DNA from: Azolla caroliniana | Taxonomy: Eukaryota; Plantae; Polypodiophyta | Length of the DNA stretch: 64,000 nt | Direction of reading: 5' to 3' | NCBI GenBank assembly: GCA_043228905.1 | Contig: JBHGNT010000013.1 | Coordinates: forward strand, 5,270,001 to 5,334,000 | In this document: one piece after another, positions 21,736 through 34,770 of the stretch | How the letters are laid out: every line of letters starts with the position of its first letter | Numbering within the stretch: the first letter of the stretch is position 1 | Translations under genes and position numbers: made by a program | The notes under the pieces: model-generated | Seen by the model: only the letters and a program-made list of their open reading frames with translations | What the model was told of the DNA's origin: nothing | Database searches by the model: none

Positions 21736-24185
21736 AGGTCAACAAAGAAATTTTTAATCAGTTTAAACGGAAAAATAAACCTCTTTCTATTACCTCTTTG
21801 AAGTGGCTTGATGGATCCTACACATCAGATGAATATGAGATGCGAGATATAGTCTCAGATTACTACCATCAATTGTTGTTTGCGAAATCTTTTTCAGCAA
21901 ATAGTCTTTACAAGAGACAACTGTTCAACAAAAGGTTACAAATGTAATGGCGTCTCATTTATTGCAACCATTCACACCGCAAGAGGTCTTTTTTGTAGCT
22001 AAATCCTTAGGAAAGGATGTCAGTCTGGGAACAGATGGAATAGGAGTTGGTTTCTATTTGCATTATTGGGATTTTCTGGGTTCCCTACTTACTAGAGCGG
22101 TTAATTTAATATTTTTAAGTGGTAGTATGCCTGCAGAATGGACGGAACGAATCATATATATGATCCCTAACTCGGATGCCCAATGTGATGAAGTCGCCAA
22201 GTGGAGGCCAATAACATTCCTTAATGATGTGTACAAGATTGTGGCAAAAACCATTGCATTCAGACTAAGATCAATGTTGCCATCTATTATTCATGACACT
22301 CAATCTGGTTTTCTGCAAGATAGAAGCATTTTTTATAACATCTTTTTGTTTTGGGAAATGGTTGCTTTAGCTCAGCAAAATAAACAACAACTTGCAGTAT
22401 TTTTGCTGGACTTTGAGAAGGCTTATGATAAAGTGGATTGGGACTTTCTTGAGGCAGTGCTGTCAAGATTAGGCTTTCTTGCTGCATGGATAAAAGGTGT
22501 CTCTGCCCTATATAGGCATGCTTCTAGTTCCGTCTTGTTTGCTGGAGGATATGGGCCATTATTTCTTATCTCCAGGTCAGTTCAGCAAGGATGCCCTCTT
22601 CCCCGTTTCTTTTCATCTTGTTTGGGGAAGCCTTGTCCTCCTACCTAAGATCCATAACATTACCTTTTACACAACCTAGTGTATTGGATGCTGAATTTGC
22701 AGATGACACAACCCTTTATGTTAATGGGGAGATTGGAAATCTTGGTCGGGTACAAGATACTTTGCAAGTTTTTTCAGATGCTACAGGTGCATCACTTAAT
22801 TGGAACAAGTCAATTGGAATTTGGGTAGGTGAAGAAACTCACCCTGCATGGTATGCAGGTCCTTCTTTCCGATGGCTTCATCATGGTGAACTAGTTCGTT
22901 ATTTGGGATGTATGGTTGGCATAGATTTGCGGCCAGAAGCAATGTTATCACCACTACTATTATCAATAAAATGTAAACTAATACATTGGGATGCCCAACA
23001 ATTGTCCTTTGCAGGTCGGGTTATTGTAGCCAACTTTGTATTGCTAGCTTCAATGTGGTTTATATCATCCATTTGGCTAAGTTCTAGATCTGCAATAACG
23101 AAAGTGCAAAGTTTGATTCGGAATTTCGTTTGGGGGAAAACAAGGATCTCCAACGGTAGCCAAAGTTGCTTGGAATGTGTTAATACAACCTAAAAGCAAT
23201 GGAGGTTTGATAGACCCTTTAATGCAATCAAGAGCCCTTTTGACTAAGTTTGTGATTAGAGGATTGCTGCCAGGATCAGAATCTTGGAAAGAGATATTTC
23301 TAAATCAGTTGATGTAGTTAAGTCCTAAGACAGGCGGTGTTTGGTCACCCTCTTTAAAATGGTTATTCCTGAATGATGTACAAACACCAAGGCGGGATCT
23401 TGCATCCAATAGATTTTTGCTAGGAATCATAAGGGCATGGGATGTGATTAAGTCATTCTTGCTTAAGGAGAAGCCTTCTACGTGGGATGCGCTACTTAAT
23501 CAACCTCTTCTTGCCAATTCTTTATTTCGGGATAATGCAAGAAAAGTGTTGGGCTTGAGAACTCACCTTGCCTAGGGAAAATTGGATAATGGGCATGCTG
23601 CATCTGTAAGAACGTGGAATCATTTTCAACAAATGTCACAATAATATCGTCTTGCACAATTACAATCAGTTCATGGTGCCAAGATAAGGACCGCTAGTAT
23701 ATCAACAACATATTCTTCGTTTTCTACAACCTTTCAACCCATGAAGGAACATATGTAGTTTGGATGCTTCATAAATGACACATTGGTGGCTGCCAAGGCA
23801 ATTTCACTTAATGGGTGCACTTCTTACTTTAAGGTCCTAGACAATCATACATTACAACCTTACACCTTAGGGTGTAGTTATCTACAACACTTGCGAAGTG
23901 CACTAGTTAGAGTCGTTGCTAAATTTGGAAAGAAATGGATGCTCGATCCTTATCCTTCAATTGCTCATACGTGTGATATGTTTTGGTTATATGCAAAAGA
24001 CCCAGTTGTAAGATTAACGTTGGGATCTAGGGGGCTGGTTTTGGTCACATTCCTTGGGGGAACAGATCATAAAGGTTCCTTTCTTTCAATACTCAGTAAA
24101 ACTTGGAAGAGCACTATTGTTTTCTCAGATTGCAAGGATACCAACAACTCAGAAACATTGAACCACTTGGGGGATCTCAACTAGA
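21736..24185 (+). mobile_element. Non-LTR retrotransposon (L1/Tx1-like) ORF2 fragment, decayed
   Basis: WRPITFLNDVYKIVAK, QSGFLQDRSI, LDFEKAYDKVDW, VQQGCPL/SPFLF (frameshift), FADDT, RYLG and LSFAGRVIVAN motifs. Confidence 0.92.
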
Positions 24186-24344
24186 AATGGATTACCACTA
24201 CGACATCTGGGTTTCCTCCTTCTTTAGGCTTTGTTGCATGTTCTGCATTTTCTTGAATATTGTACATGTTTGCATATGGAAAGAGGGTACTATGATGCTA
24301 TGATGCTCTCTTCTTGTTGATGAAGTTAAATGTTCTTGTCCTTT

Positions 24345-24371
24345 TTGTTGTTGTTGTTGTTGTTGTTGTTT
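24345..24371. repeat. (TTG)n microsatellite
   Basis: Direct run of TTG units. Confidence 0.9.
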
Positions 24372-24565
24372 GTGTTTTTCTCCTTTATACATTTGAGAGT
24401 CTTTTACATGCATATGCTTGAATCTTGTACAGGTTCACATGTGGAAAGGGCGTCCTATGATGATACAATGTTCTTGTTGTTCTGTTTGAGCATGTTTGTT
24501 GTTGTTCTGGCTATTCACAACATGTTCTTGTTCAATATGTTATTGTTGCTCTATCTGTTTGTTGT

Positions 24566-24662
24566 TGGAAAGAGTAAGGTGCAGAGGCTTATACACAGAT
24601 GTAGTCGGCTTAGCAGGACTGTAGCAACACTTAGGTAAACACAGATAAATGGAGAATACACA

Positions 24663-24730
<68 letters not shown>

Positions 24731-27700
24731 AACAAAAGAACTAAATTCAAAATAATGGTGCTCTGTACATATGACTGTGCTGAATGAGAACTTTTATACA
24801 AGCCCTGACAATAGGCTGACACAAGTACCGTTAGTACTTGAATACTCATAAATGAGCTTGACACTAACTCGAACCATAATATTCCTCTTTACTAGCATAG
24901 GAATATAGGCCCCTAACGCTATAACTACCAAAGTATTCCTAACACTCAGATTAGGAATATAGGCTCTAACGGCCTATCGGCCTTATCCTAGGTTGCCCAA
25001 ATGTCGGCTTATTCAACCGACTTCCTCAGCCGACTTAGTTGTCGGCTTCGTCAACTGACTTCCTCAACTGATGTTGAGCTTGTCTCTCCACCCTCTCCCT
25101 TAAGCTCAACTTGAGGTTCCTCCTACTCCGCCGGTTCTTCACTTTGGCCTCTCTTGGCTTCACGCCTTCTTGCATGCGCTCCACGACCCGTCTGGTCCCA
25201 CGCTCCTCGACCTGTTTAGTCGGCTTGTCTATTGTTGAGGCCTTCGTCAGCCTCCTTCTGGCTCTGTGACTTCGGCGCCCCTCAATCCATCGGCTCTCCT
25301 GCTTTGGCATTATCTCTAGCTGCCTTATCATCCGTCTGGCCATTATGTTACTCAGTTCTTCTGAACCACTTCCTTCGATCGAGTGGGTTGTCTTCGACTC
25401 GTCTCCTTGCCGGCCTTTGACCACATCTGACCATGTTTTGGTCTTGGCCCTTTTGTTCGGATTGGCTTTACCATCTGTCTTGCCTCTTTCGGATTGGTCT
25501 CCCCCTTGTTCAATTGACTTTGGTTCCGGTTTGTCCTTCTGATCGCTCCCCTGCATCCATCTTCTGCTTCTTCAACCGTTCCAAAATCGAATTCTTCATC
25601 TGATTCAGATCCTCTGAATTCAACTCTCCCGGTACGTCTCCCCCTCAAGTTCGGCCTGTCGAGGTGATGCAAACCAAGCTCGCTTGAAAATTGTAGCAAC
25701 TTGTCTAGGCCAAGAGGTTTGCTGAAGATGTCGGCTACTTGCCAATCCGTGGGAACATACACGAGTTCCACTTCACTGGAGAGAACTCGCTCACAGAGAA
25801 AATAATAGTGCACCTCAATGTGCTTATTCTGGGCGTGGAAGACATGGTTCTTTGCTACCTGGATGCTACTAAGGTTGTCACGATAGATCATCGTCGGATG
25901 GGCAACCTCCATCCGCAGATCCTTAAGTAGCCGATTAAGCCATATCGCTTCACATGAAGCGACAACCGCTCCTCTGTATTAGGCCTCCGTGCTTGACAGT
26001 GTAATTGTCAGCTACTTCTTTCTACACAAAGTGATCGCAACACTTCCACGTAAGAACATAAACCTTGATATAGACCTACGATCGACGACATTTGTAGCCT
26101 AATCGGCATCCGTCTAGCCGACTACCTGTCCTGCTACACCTACCTGATACAACCCACGTTCCTTCGTGCCGCTCACATATCGCATGATTCGATGCGCGCA
26201 CTGAGGTGATTGGTTTTCGGGTGCGACCTAAATTGATTGATCAGACCAACTAGATTATTGAGGTCCAGTTGTGTGATGGAGGCTTCCGACAATCTGTCAG
26301 AACCGTGTCGGGTTGTATGCATTTCCTGATTTGGGGCAAACCTTGACATTCCTATCAAGAGGAGTCGAAATGGATTTACAATCCATCATGCCAAACTTGG
26401 AGAGCACATTCAACTCTCCCGGTACTTGTCCCCCTCAAGGTTGGCATGTCGAGGTGTTGCAAACCAAGCTCACTCCAAAATTGTTGCAACTTGTCTAGGC
26501 CAAGAGGTTTGGTGAAGATGTTTGCTACCTGCTGGTCCTTCGGAACATACACGAGTTCCACTTCACTAGAGAGAACTCGCTCACAGACAAAATAATAGTG
26601 CACCTCAATGACAGTGCTTATTCTGAGCATGGAAGACAGGGTTCTTTGATACATGGATGCTACTAAGGTTGTCTCAATAGATCGTCGTCGGATGGGCAAC
26701 CTCCATCCGCAAATCCTTAAGTAGTCGATTGGCCATATCACTTCGCATGAAGCGACAACCACTCCTCTGCATTAGGCCTCCCAACTAAGAACATAAACCC
26801 TGATATAGACCTATGATCGATGACATTTGCAGCCCAATCGACATCCATCTAGCCGACTAACTATCCTGCTACACCTACCTGATACAACAACCCACGATCC
26901 TTTGTGCCACTCACATATCGCATGATTCGATGCGCGCACTGAGGTAATCGATTTTCAAGTGCAACCTAAATTGACTGATCAGACCAATTGGAATACTGAG
27001 GTCCGATTGGGTGATGGTCAGACAGATGAGGCTTCGGACAATCTGTCAGAACCGTGTCGGGTTGTACACATTTCCTGATTTGGGGCAAAGCTTGACATTC
27101 CTGTCAAGAGGAGTCAAAATAGATTTACAATCCATCATGCCGAACTTGAAGAGCACATTCAACACATAATGACGTTGGTTGATCAATATGCCTTTGGGAT
27201 CACTTCAATCCCAAGGAGGTAGCGAAGGTCCCCCAGATCCTTCATCTCGAATGATGCAGCAAGTTGGGACTTGATGTGGCCGATTTTCTCCAAGGCAACG
27301 CTGACGATGAGTAGATCATCAACATAAAGTAAAATACTTACCGGCCCATGTTGACCCTACCAAATGAACAATGAAGAGTCCAACTTTGACGTAGAAAACC
27401 CCATCCGATGCAATCATTGTGTGATCTTCGCGTTGCAAGCACGTTGGTCTTTCTTTAATCTGTAGAGAGACTTCTTCAGTCAGCAGACATCTGACGTATT
27501 CAATTCAGATAGAAATACGGGGGAGCATGTACACCCATTCCTCAAGGTCACCTTGCAAGAATGCATTCTTTACATCCATCTGATGTAGATGCCATTTGAA
27601 GTTGGTTGATCAATATGCCTCGGGATCACTTCGATCTTGAGGAGGTAGTGAAGATCGCCCAGATCCTTTATCTTCAATGATGCAGCAAGTTTGGACTTGA

Positions 27701-27825
27701 TGCGGCCGATTTCCTCCAAGGCGGCGCCAACGATAACTAGATCATCAACATAAAGTAAAATACTTACCGGCCCATGTTGATCTTACCAGATGAACAATGA
27801 AGAGTCCAACTTTCACATAACAAAC
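24566..27825 (-). mobile_element. Copia family A, 3' half (RT, RNase H, 3' extension, 3' LTR ~24566-25091), with internal tandem duplications
   Basis: RNase H motifs FHAQNKHIEVHYYF and VADIFSKPL. Block ~25619-26410 repeats at ~26410-27160, and ~27174-27400 repeats at ~27601-27825. The LTR shares TACAAGCCCTGACAAT.GGCTGACACAAGTAC with family A. Confidence 0.88.
24667..24728. repeat. (GA)n microsatellite inside a family A LTR
   Basis: About 31 GA units; shorter GA runs sit at the equivalent position in other family A LTRs. Confidence 0.95.
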
Positions 27826-29379
27826 CTTAGTTAGGAATCGACCGGCCACAACTGGTTTAACGTTCGTATTCGTGTGCAGAAAACAAGAACTAGTACATAG
27901 ACAAGAAAAACGTGAAGACACAGGGACACCGATATTTTACATGGAAAATCTGAAATGGGAAAAACCACGGGGGTCCACAAACCCCGAGAAAACATATCAC
28001 TATAGTAGAGAGGAAGTATAAATACGGAACTTGGAGGTAGCGGCCTCGAGTTCTCCTCCGTTTGATAGACGACTATAGAGTTATACTCTCACTCTCTTAG
28101 TCACAGTTACAGAGGCAACTACCTTGTTCTAACTTTTCAATAATGATCACTAACTCAATAATGGTCTACCCTAATTGCTTATAAACCAAAGCAACTTTCT
28201 GGCTATTTACAAGTATAGCTCCTAAGAGATATTTTTGACTATTTACAATTATAGTCTTCCGAAACGATGTCTATTTTCAATTTCGATTTCGGCCTTAGCC
28301 TATTTGTCCTGGCCAAGATACTCACCAACACGGTCCTTCTCTTCCCATCTAGAGGGACATGTGTCCCAACAAGCTCCCTCTTCACTCCGGCATGGGGTAC
28401 TTCACCAAATCGAGTCCCTATCGGCACACGTTTAGTTTTCGGCTGACAACACCTTCATTAGCATATCCAATCCGTTTTCGACCGTGTGGAGCAAACTCCT
28501 TTTCTTCTACTACCTCTTGGAGCCAAATTTATCTTCTCTGGATGTGTTTGGTCCTTGAGTGGTAGGCGACATTTTTCGCAAGGTGAATGACACTCTAGTT
28601 ATTGCAATGGAGTTGGAATTCCTCCAGCTGAATTCCCAACTCACTGATAAACTCCTTCATCCATGTGATTTCCTTGCCGGCTTCCACTGCAGCCATATAT
28701 TCGGTTTCCTTGGTCAACTACGCCACGACGTTCTGCAGCCTCGGCTGTCACGAAATGGCTCCCCCTGCATAAGTCATTATGTACTCGAACGTGGATCAGG
28801 TGGTATCCTCATCCGCCAACAAGTCCGTGTCAGTATAACCTTCCAGTGTGGGGTTACCTGAACCGAAACGGAGACAAACGTTCGAGGTTCCTTTTAGGTG
28901 GAGCTGACCGATTTCACATTGTCGTGTGGTTTTTCACACACGATATGAAAACTAGAAAAATAAGTATTTAAGATTAGCTTAATGTATTCGTATGGAAAGA
29001 TAGATTTCTTCAAGAGCTTCATAACGTATTTCACTACGCATGAAACGGATAAACAAGTGTCAAGTTATGTGAGTGTGAAGTTTAAAGAAAAAAAAAGAAA
29101 AGACAAAACTGTGAGATATCCCACATAGATAGGACAACATTGGAACCCATGATATATAAGGGAAACCAAAACATATTCATTCTATCAGTGTGTGGAGCAC
29201 AGAATGTTCAATGTGACTTGGGCTACACTGTGTGGTGTGCACGCTTCGAGCGTACGTGCATATGCACGATCGTCTTGACGCTTTGGGCGTACGTGTGTGT
29301 GCACGGTAGCATGGATGTTTTCGGACGTATGCGCATGTGCACGTTTTTGGACGTACGGGCGTGTGGAAGTTGTGTGCAC

Positions 29380-30250
29380 GGTAGTGTGGATGTTTTTGGA
29401 CGTATGTGCATGTGCACGTTTTCAGACGTACGACCGCGTATCCGTTTCGGACGGATGAGCGTGCGGATGCGTACACGGCGCGGTCGGGATGTGCGTGTGC
29501 ATGGATGCGTACATTGCGCAGTCTGGACTTTTGTGCGCGGACGCGTCTACAGTTTGGTTGTGACACATGTACGGATTGCGCACGAGCTAAACTTTATGGA
29601 TGATTGGGTCATTTGGCCGAAGTATACACATGGTCGCATGCAACTAAAAGCCAAGGCCATGCAACTAAAAGACGTTTTCGGACGTACGGGTGTGTGCAAG
29701 TTTCGGGCGTACGCATGCACGGCCGCGTGTCCGTTTCGGACAGACGAGCGTGCAGATGCGTACACGGGGCGGTCGGGATGTGCGTGTGCGTGGATGCATA
29801 CATTGCGCAGTCTGGACTTTTGTGCGCGGACGCGTCTACGGTTTGGTTGTGACACACGTACAGATTGCGCACGGGCTAAACTTTATGGATGATTGGGTCA
29901 TTTGGCCGAAGTATACGGATGGTCGCATGCAACTAAAAGCCAAGGCCATGCAACTAAAAGACGTTTTTGGACGTACGCGCGTGTGCAAGTTTCGGGCGTA
30001 CGCTTGCATGGTCGCGTGTCCATTTCGGATGGACGAGCGTGCGGATGCGTACACGGCGTGGTCGGGATGTGCGTGTGCATGGATGCGTACATTGCGCAGT
30101 CTGGACTTTTGTGCGCGGAAGCGTCTACGGTTTGGTTGTGACACACGTACGGATTGCGCACGGGCTAAACTTTATGGATGATTGTGTCATTTGGCCGAAG
30201 TATACGGATGGTCGCATGCAACTAAAAGCCAAGGCCATGTAACTAAAAGT
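29380..30250. repeat. 289-bp tandem repeat, about 3 copies
   Basis: CTAAACTTTATGGATGATT occurs at 29587, 29876 and 30165, an exact period of 289. Confidence 0.95.
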
Positions 30251-30322
30251 AAAAGGCATGCAACTAAAAGTAGAGGCCATGCAACTAAGAATAGAGGCAA
30301 TGCAACTAAAAGTGGACATGTA
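30215..30322. repeat. 21-bp tandem repeat CATGCAACTAAAAG(N7), about 5 copies
   Basis: Expansion of the 21-bp subunit that is present twice in each 289-bp monomer. Confidence 0.9.
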
Positions 30323-32086
30323 AAGTAACATTGGGGAGGAGGATCAACAAAGAGCTCGATATATGTTCCCTTTTTTCCCTCTACTTTTTGTTTCTTTTCC
30401 CCTTCTTCTTCTCTCTCCCATTCCTTGGGGAAGAAATCTCTCTCATATTGATATCGGACCACTCCTTACATGGTTGTTGGCTCCTTCCTTTCAAGAATAA
30501 TCTCTCATATTCATATTGGACCACTTCTCATATGGTTGTTGGCTCCTTTCTTTAAAAATTTTATCTCTCATTTTCATCTCCAACCCGTTGTAACAAGATT
30601 CTTGAATTATAAAAGAATCTATTTTCTGATGTAATAAACGAACGTTTTCTCTCATCTACTCGTCTTATATGTGAATTTTGCTTGTGTTGTACGTGTTGTA
30701 CTAAATCCTTCTAGTCCAGAACCCCGACGGTTCCGCCTTGCGATCGCACATAGTGACGGATTTTCACGACAATGTTTTCCATGCCGAATCTCTGGAGCAC
30801 CTTTGTCACTTATTTTTCGTGTGACAACCACAACAATTTCTTTGTTCAATCCTGAACAATGTGCATCCCCAAGATTTGCTTTGCCGGACCCATATCCTTC
30901 ATAAAAAACGATCTGCTTAAGGCCTTCTTCAGCACTTGGATCTTTGTATGATCCCGTCTGACAATCAATATGTTGTCCACGTACAATAGAAGGATGAGGA
31001 AATATCCTCTGTCGAATTTCTTCACAAATACACAGTGATCGGTCTGCGTTTTGTGGTACCCGTTGTAGGTAATGAAGGATTCAAATTTTCGGTACCATTT
31101 CCGAGGTGCTTGCTTCAACCCTTACAAACTCTTCCTTAATCCACATACTAGGTTCTCTTTACCTTTCTCTACAACTCCTTCCGGTTGGTGCATATAGATC
31201 TCCTCTAGATTTCAAGATCACCATACAAAAACGCCGTCTTGACATCCAATTGCTCGACCTCGAGATCCATGCTGGCCGCGATGCTCAACACGGTTCGAAT
31301 TGATGTCATCTTTACAACTAGGGCAAATATTTCGTCGAAATCGACATGCTTCTTCGGCTGAAAACCTTTTTTAACGATTCATGCTTTGTACCTGGGTGGA
31401 TTACCGCCATCTCCTGGTTTTAACTTGTATACCCATTTATTTTGAAGTGCCTTCTTTCCTCTCGGTAGTTCGGTTAGTTCATATGTGTGGTTCTCATGAA
31501 AAGAATTCATCTCCTGTTCCATGGCACTCAACTAGTTTCAGTTGTGGGTATCTTCCTTGGCTTCTTCAAAGCTTTCCGGCTCCCACTCATCGGTTAGCAG
31601 TACACGCTCTTCATCCGGAAATCTTCGGGGGGCTCTCCTTTCTCTTAGGGGATATCTACGGACTCCATTCGGCATGGTAGGTTCTTCTTTGACTTCTTCA
31701 GCCGATTCGAATTCGGTTCCTTGTTCAGTCGTTTCCCCTTGCTCTTCAGTCGGTTCTCGATTTTGCCGAGTATTAACTCGGCCGACTGGCTTAGATTCGA
31801 TTTCAATCAAATCGGCTTTTACTCGATTTGGCCGAGCGTCGACTCAGTTCGATTTGGTAGTTGGAGACTTATTCTCAATCTCCCAGTCAACTATTGTCTT
31901 TTCCTCCATGAAGACAATGTCGCGGCTAATCACTTTCTTCTCAGCTATGTTCCATAGCTGATAGCGAAATTTATCATTTCCGTAGCCGATAAATATGCAT
32001 GGCCATATTCTGGGTCCAACTTCCCCCTTTGGTCCTTTGCCACATGCACACAAGCAAGACAACTGAACACCCTCAAATGTCGGCAC

Positions 32087-32178
32087 TATCAGGAATAGTA
32101 CTGAGACAGAGAAGAAATTAGTACTAAGAGAGGAATATTAGTACTAAGAGGAATAGAGGGCGTAGAACACTCGAGAGA

Positions 32179-32218
<40 letters not shown>

Positions 32219-33420
32219 CGTTGGTTTTTTAATCGTGAGGGTTCGAGCAATGATGATGACAACGATATATTATGTGAGAAGAATATACAAGGAGGCTTAA
32301 GACTAGCGTTGAACAGATTTGGTTCGAAATAATGCCTTGTGCCTCCTTTTAAAGTGTTGTCAGGAGTAGTCCTGAAGCTTCGAGAATGTTCCAAAGAAAT
32401 TTGGAATACACATGAATTTTTTGTAGTAAAACTTAAATAAAAATAATATCATACGTATTACAATAGATAGTGTAATGGTCAAGAGCTCGACCCATGTAAC
32501 ATAAGGTCATGGGTTAAAGTCTTGCCATATCATGACCCTATTCTCCCTTTAAAACGACGAGTGTCACGAGTCCTTTTGGATTGACGACCCGGTTTATCAG
32601 GATATTGACGATGGAAGTCTTCAAGAAGAGCACGAGCATTGGTCACATTCTCTATTGGTTCCCAAGTATGCTCGCTGGGACTATATCCTAGCCAATTGAC
32701 TAAATAGTAGAGCTTGTTGTGAGCAATCTTGGAATCGAGGATGGCGGTAACCTCGTATTCAAGTCCATCTTCAAGTTCGATCGGGGGTGGAGGTTGTGGA
32801 ATAAGTCCTGGGATGGTACTGTCTTGACAGGGTTCGAGGAGAGAACTATGAAACACCGGATGTATGCGAAGTTGCGGGGGTAGATCGAGACGAAAATCAA
32901 CATCATTAATCTTTCCGATAATACGGAAAGGACCTAATTGCCGATAATCCAACTTCTCACATGGGCGAGTAGTCTGGATGTGTCGTCGTAGTAGCCATAC
33001 CCGATCTCCAATGTTAAAACTGGATGGAAGCCAATGATGATCCATGTAAACCTTGTGTGTTTGTTGAGCTTGTTGTAGATGAGTAGATAAATCTTCTTGT
33101 ATCTTGCGTAACCGCTCCAAATTATCCTTTGTGCAAGGATTTGTGGTTAACTCTAGGGTTTCAAATACACATCACCGACAGTGACAACCTGTATAAGCAC
33201 AAAATGGCATAAGTCTAGTCGATGAGTGGACAGAGTTATTATAGGAAAATTCAGCGAAGTGGAGAATATCCACCCAGTCATCTTGATGATAGCTTAGAAA
33301 GCACCGAAGATATTGCTCCAACATTTGATTTGTTCGTTCTGCTTGGCCATCGGTTTGTGGGTGGTAACCGGAGGAGTGGTCAACATGTTCGGCGTTCACA
33401 AGTGGAAGGATCGCGCATTC
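32087..33420 (-). mobile_element. Ty3/gypsy chromovirus, 3' half (integrase C-terminus, chromodomain, PPT ~32538-32550, 3' LTR 32087-32537)
   Basis: SSGYHPQTDGQAERTNQ and GPF motifs. The LTR is homologous to 58969-59397. Confidence 0.93.
32530..33120 (-). pseudogene. pol: Integrase C-terminus with GPY/F module and chromodomain
   Basis: KLDYRQLGPFRI...IHPVFHSSLLEP...EYEVTAILDS...YYLVNWLGYSPSEHTWEP; the aromatic cage residues Y, W and Y are present. Confidence 0.92.
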
Positions 33421-33765
33421 CGCTTGTAGAATCTTCTTGAAAATATCCAAATATACCCTCTCTACAAAAACTGGATGCACTAGTATCACATGTTCCACAA
33501 CTTGATTAGAATTTGCAAATATAAAAATACATGATAGGTCTACGAGTGGAGATCATTAGAAATTCAAATAAGTTTGGACGTGTTGATAAGTTAATGTAGG
33601 CATAATAAAGTTCAACAATGGCTCAATATCTCACTAATGTGCGGCATGGGAAACACTAAGTTAAAGACTTATATTAATTTGGTAAGTTTTACAAAAATAT
33701 GAGGTGTACTTGTAACCATACTAATAAAATGAGTTATAATTTATACTTTGACCCATATACTCGCA

Positions 33766-34040
33766 TGTATATAATTGTGGACAATGTAGGATAGTGCACT
33801 TTAGGATAATGTGATTGGAATAACTAACTTATTAAGGTATTTACTACTTGTATTTATAGTTGATCTAATCTATTCCTCAATTTGTTCGTATGGGATCAAA
33901 CCATATGTATATAATTGTGGACAATGTAAGACAATGAACTTTAGGATAATGTGGTGGAAATAACAAACCTATTAAGGCTTTCATACTTGTATTTAAAATT
34001 GATCTAATCTATTCCTTAGGTGATTCACATGGGATCAAAC
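33766..34040. repeat. ~140-bp AT-rich tandem duplication
   Basis: ATGTATATAATTGTGGACAATGTA...GGGATCAAAC occurs twice. Confidence 0.85.
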
Positions 34041-34770
34041 TCCGAACGATAACGTTAGTGGAACTACAAGCGTATAAAAACATGCGGATAACGCTAGTGG
34101 AACCATTATCAACACACTACACAATCTAAGCAACAATGGAAGAGAAACATAATAGTTTTAACAATAGAAGACAAAGATCCATAATAACAACATGGACAAT
34201 CATGGCAACAAGTCTACGACCATGTTATGTTAAGGTAAAGTTTGACCAAAATCAACCTTAATTTAAACTAATTCATGTTTCTCCATATTGGTAGTCAGCA
34301 ATGCACGCGGTGAAACCAATGTCATAAGTTTACTAACCAAGTATATAGAAATAAAATTGAAACATATAGAAGATTATAAAGAATAGAATCCACAAATTAA
34401 AGCCCAAAATCTGTATTAATAATGTGAATTCCAAACAATGCATTTCACGTTTTTGAAAGAGTCTATTACATAGCAAGCAAATCGTCAATGTCATTTTCTT
34501 TTTCATCCTGTATAGAAGTCTCTTCGGCTATACATGCATTGTCTTCCCCCGTTAGCGGAGCCAATGAAATATCTTCTATAATCTCATCATCAAGCTCTAT
34601 TAGCTCCCCCGATTCCCCGGCTAACGGAGGAATAGGCTCTCGTGAAGCAGGTTGAAACCTTTCGGTATCAACGAGGTTCTTTGCACCGACCTCCTGGTCC
34701 TAGTCTGGGCACTCCCACAAAGCCTTAATCCTCATGTTTATAAATATAACTTGCTCCTCGTCCTTGTCTC

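Larger units (their letters stand above)
28899..30845. other. Non-retroviral ~1.9-kb insert replacing part of B1 RT; carries a tandem array
   Basis: B1 homology stops at ~28898 (LKGTSN) and resumes at ~30846 (MHIVQD), with the intervening RT sequence missing. I could not identify LTR ends, TIRs or a TSD. Confidence 0.65.
27829..32086 (-). mobile_element. Copia family B1, 3' half (integrase end, RT, RNase H, PPT ~28372-28390, 3' LTR 27829-28371)
   Basis: The LTR is homologous to 8425-8951 and 45358-45885. RT KQAPRKW...LLYVDN; GAAGAGGGAGCT|TGTTGGG on -. CAAAC (GTTTG on -) at 27821-27825. Confidence 0.9.

Noticed and set aside
24330-24638. Hydrophobic ORF resembling an env or membrane protein
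   Set aside because: The Leu/Phe richness comes from (TTG)n and T-rich low-complexity DNA; the polyQ on the opposite strand has the same cause.
29140-30242. Cys/Arg-rich ORFs of up to 250 aa
   Set aside because: They are translations of the 289-bp repeat in shifting frames and have no domain motifs.
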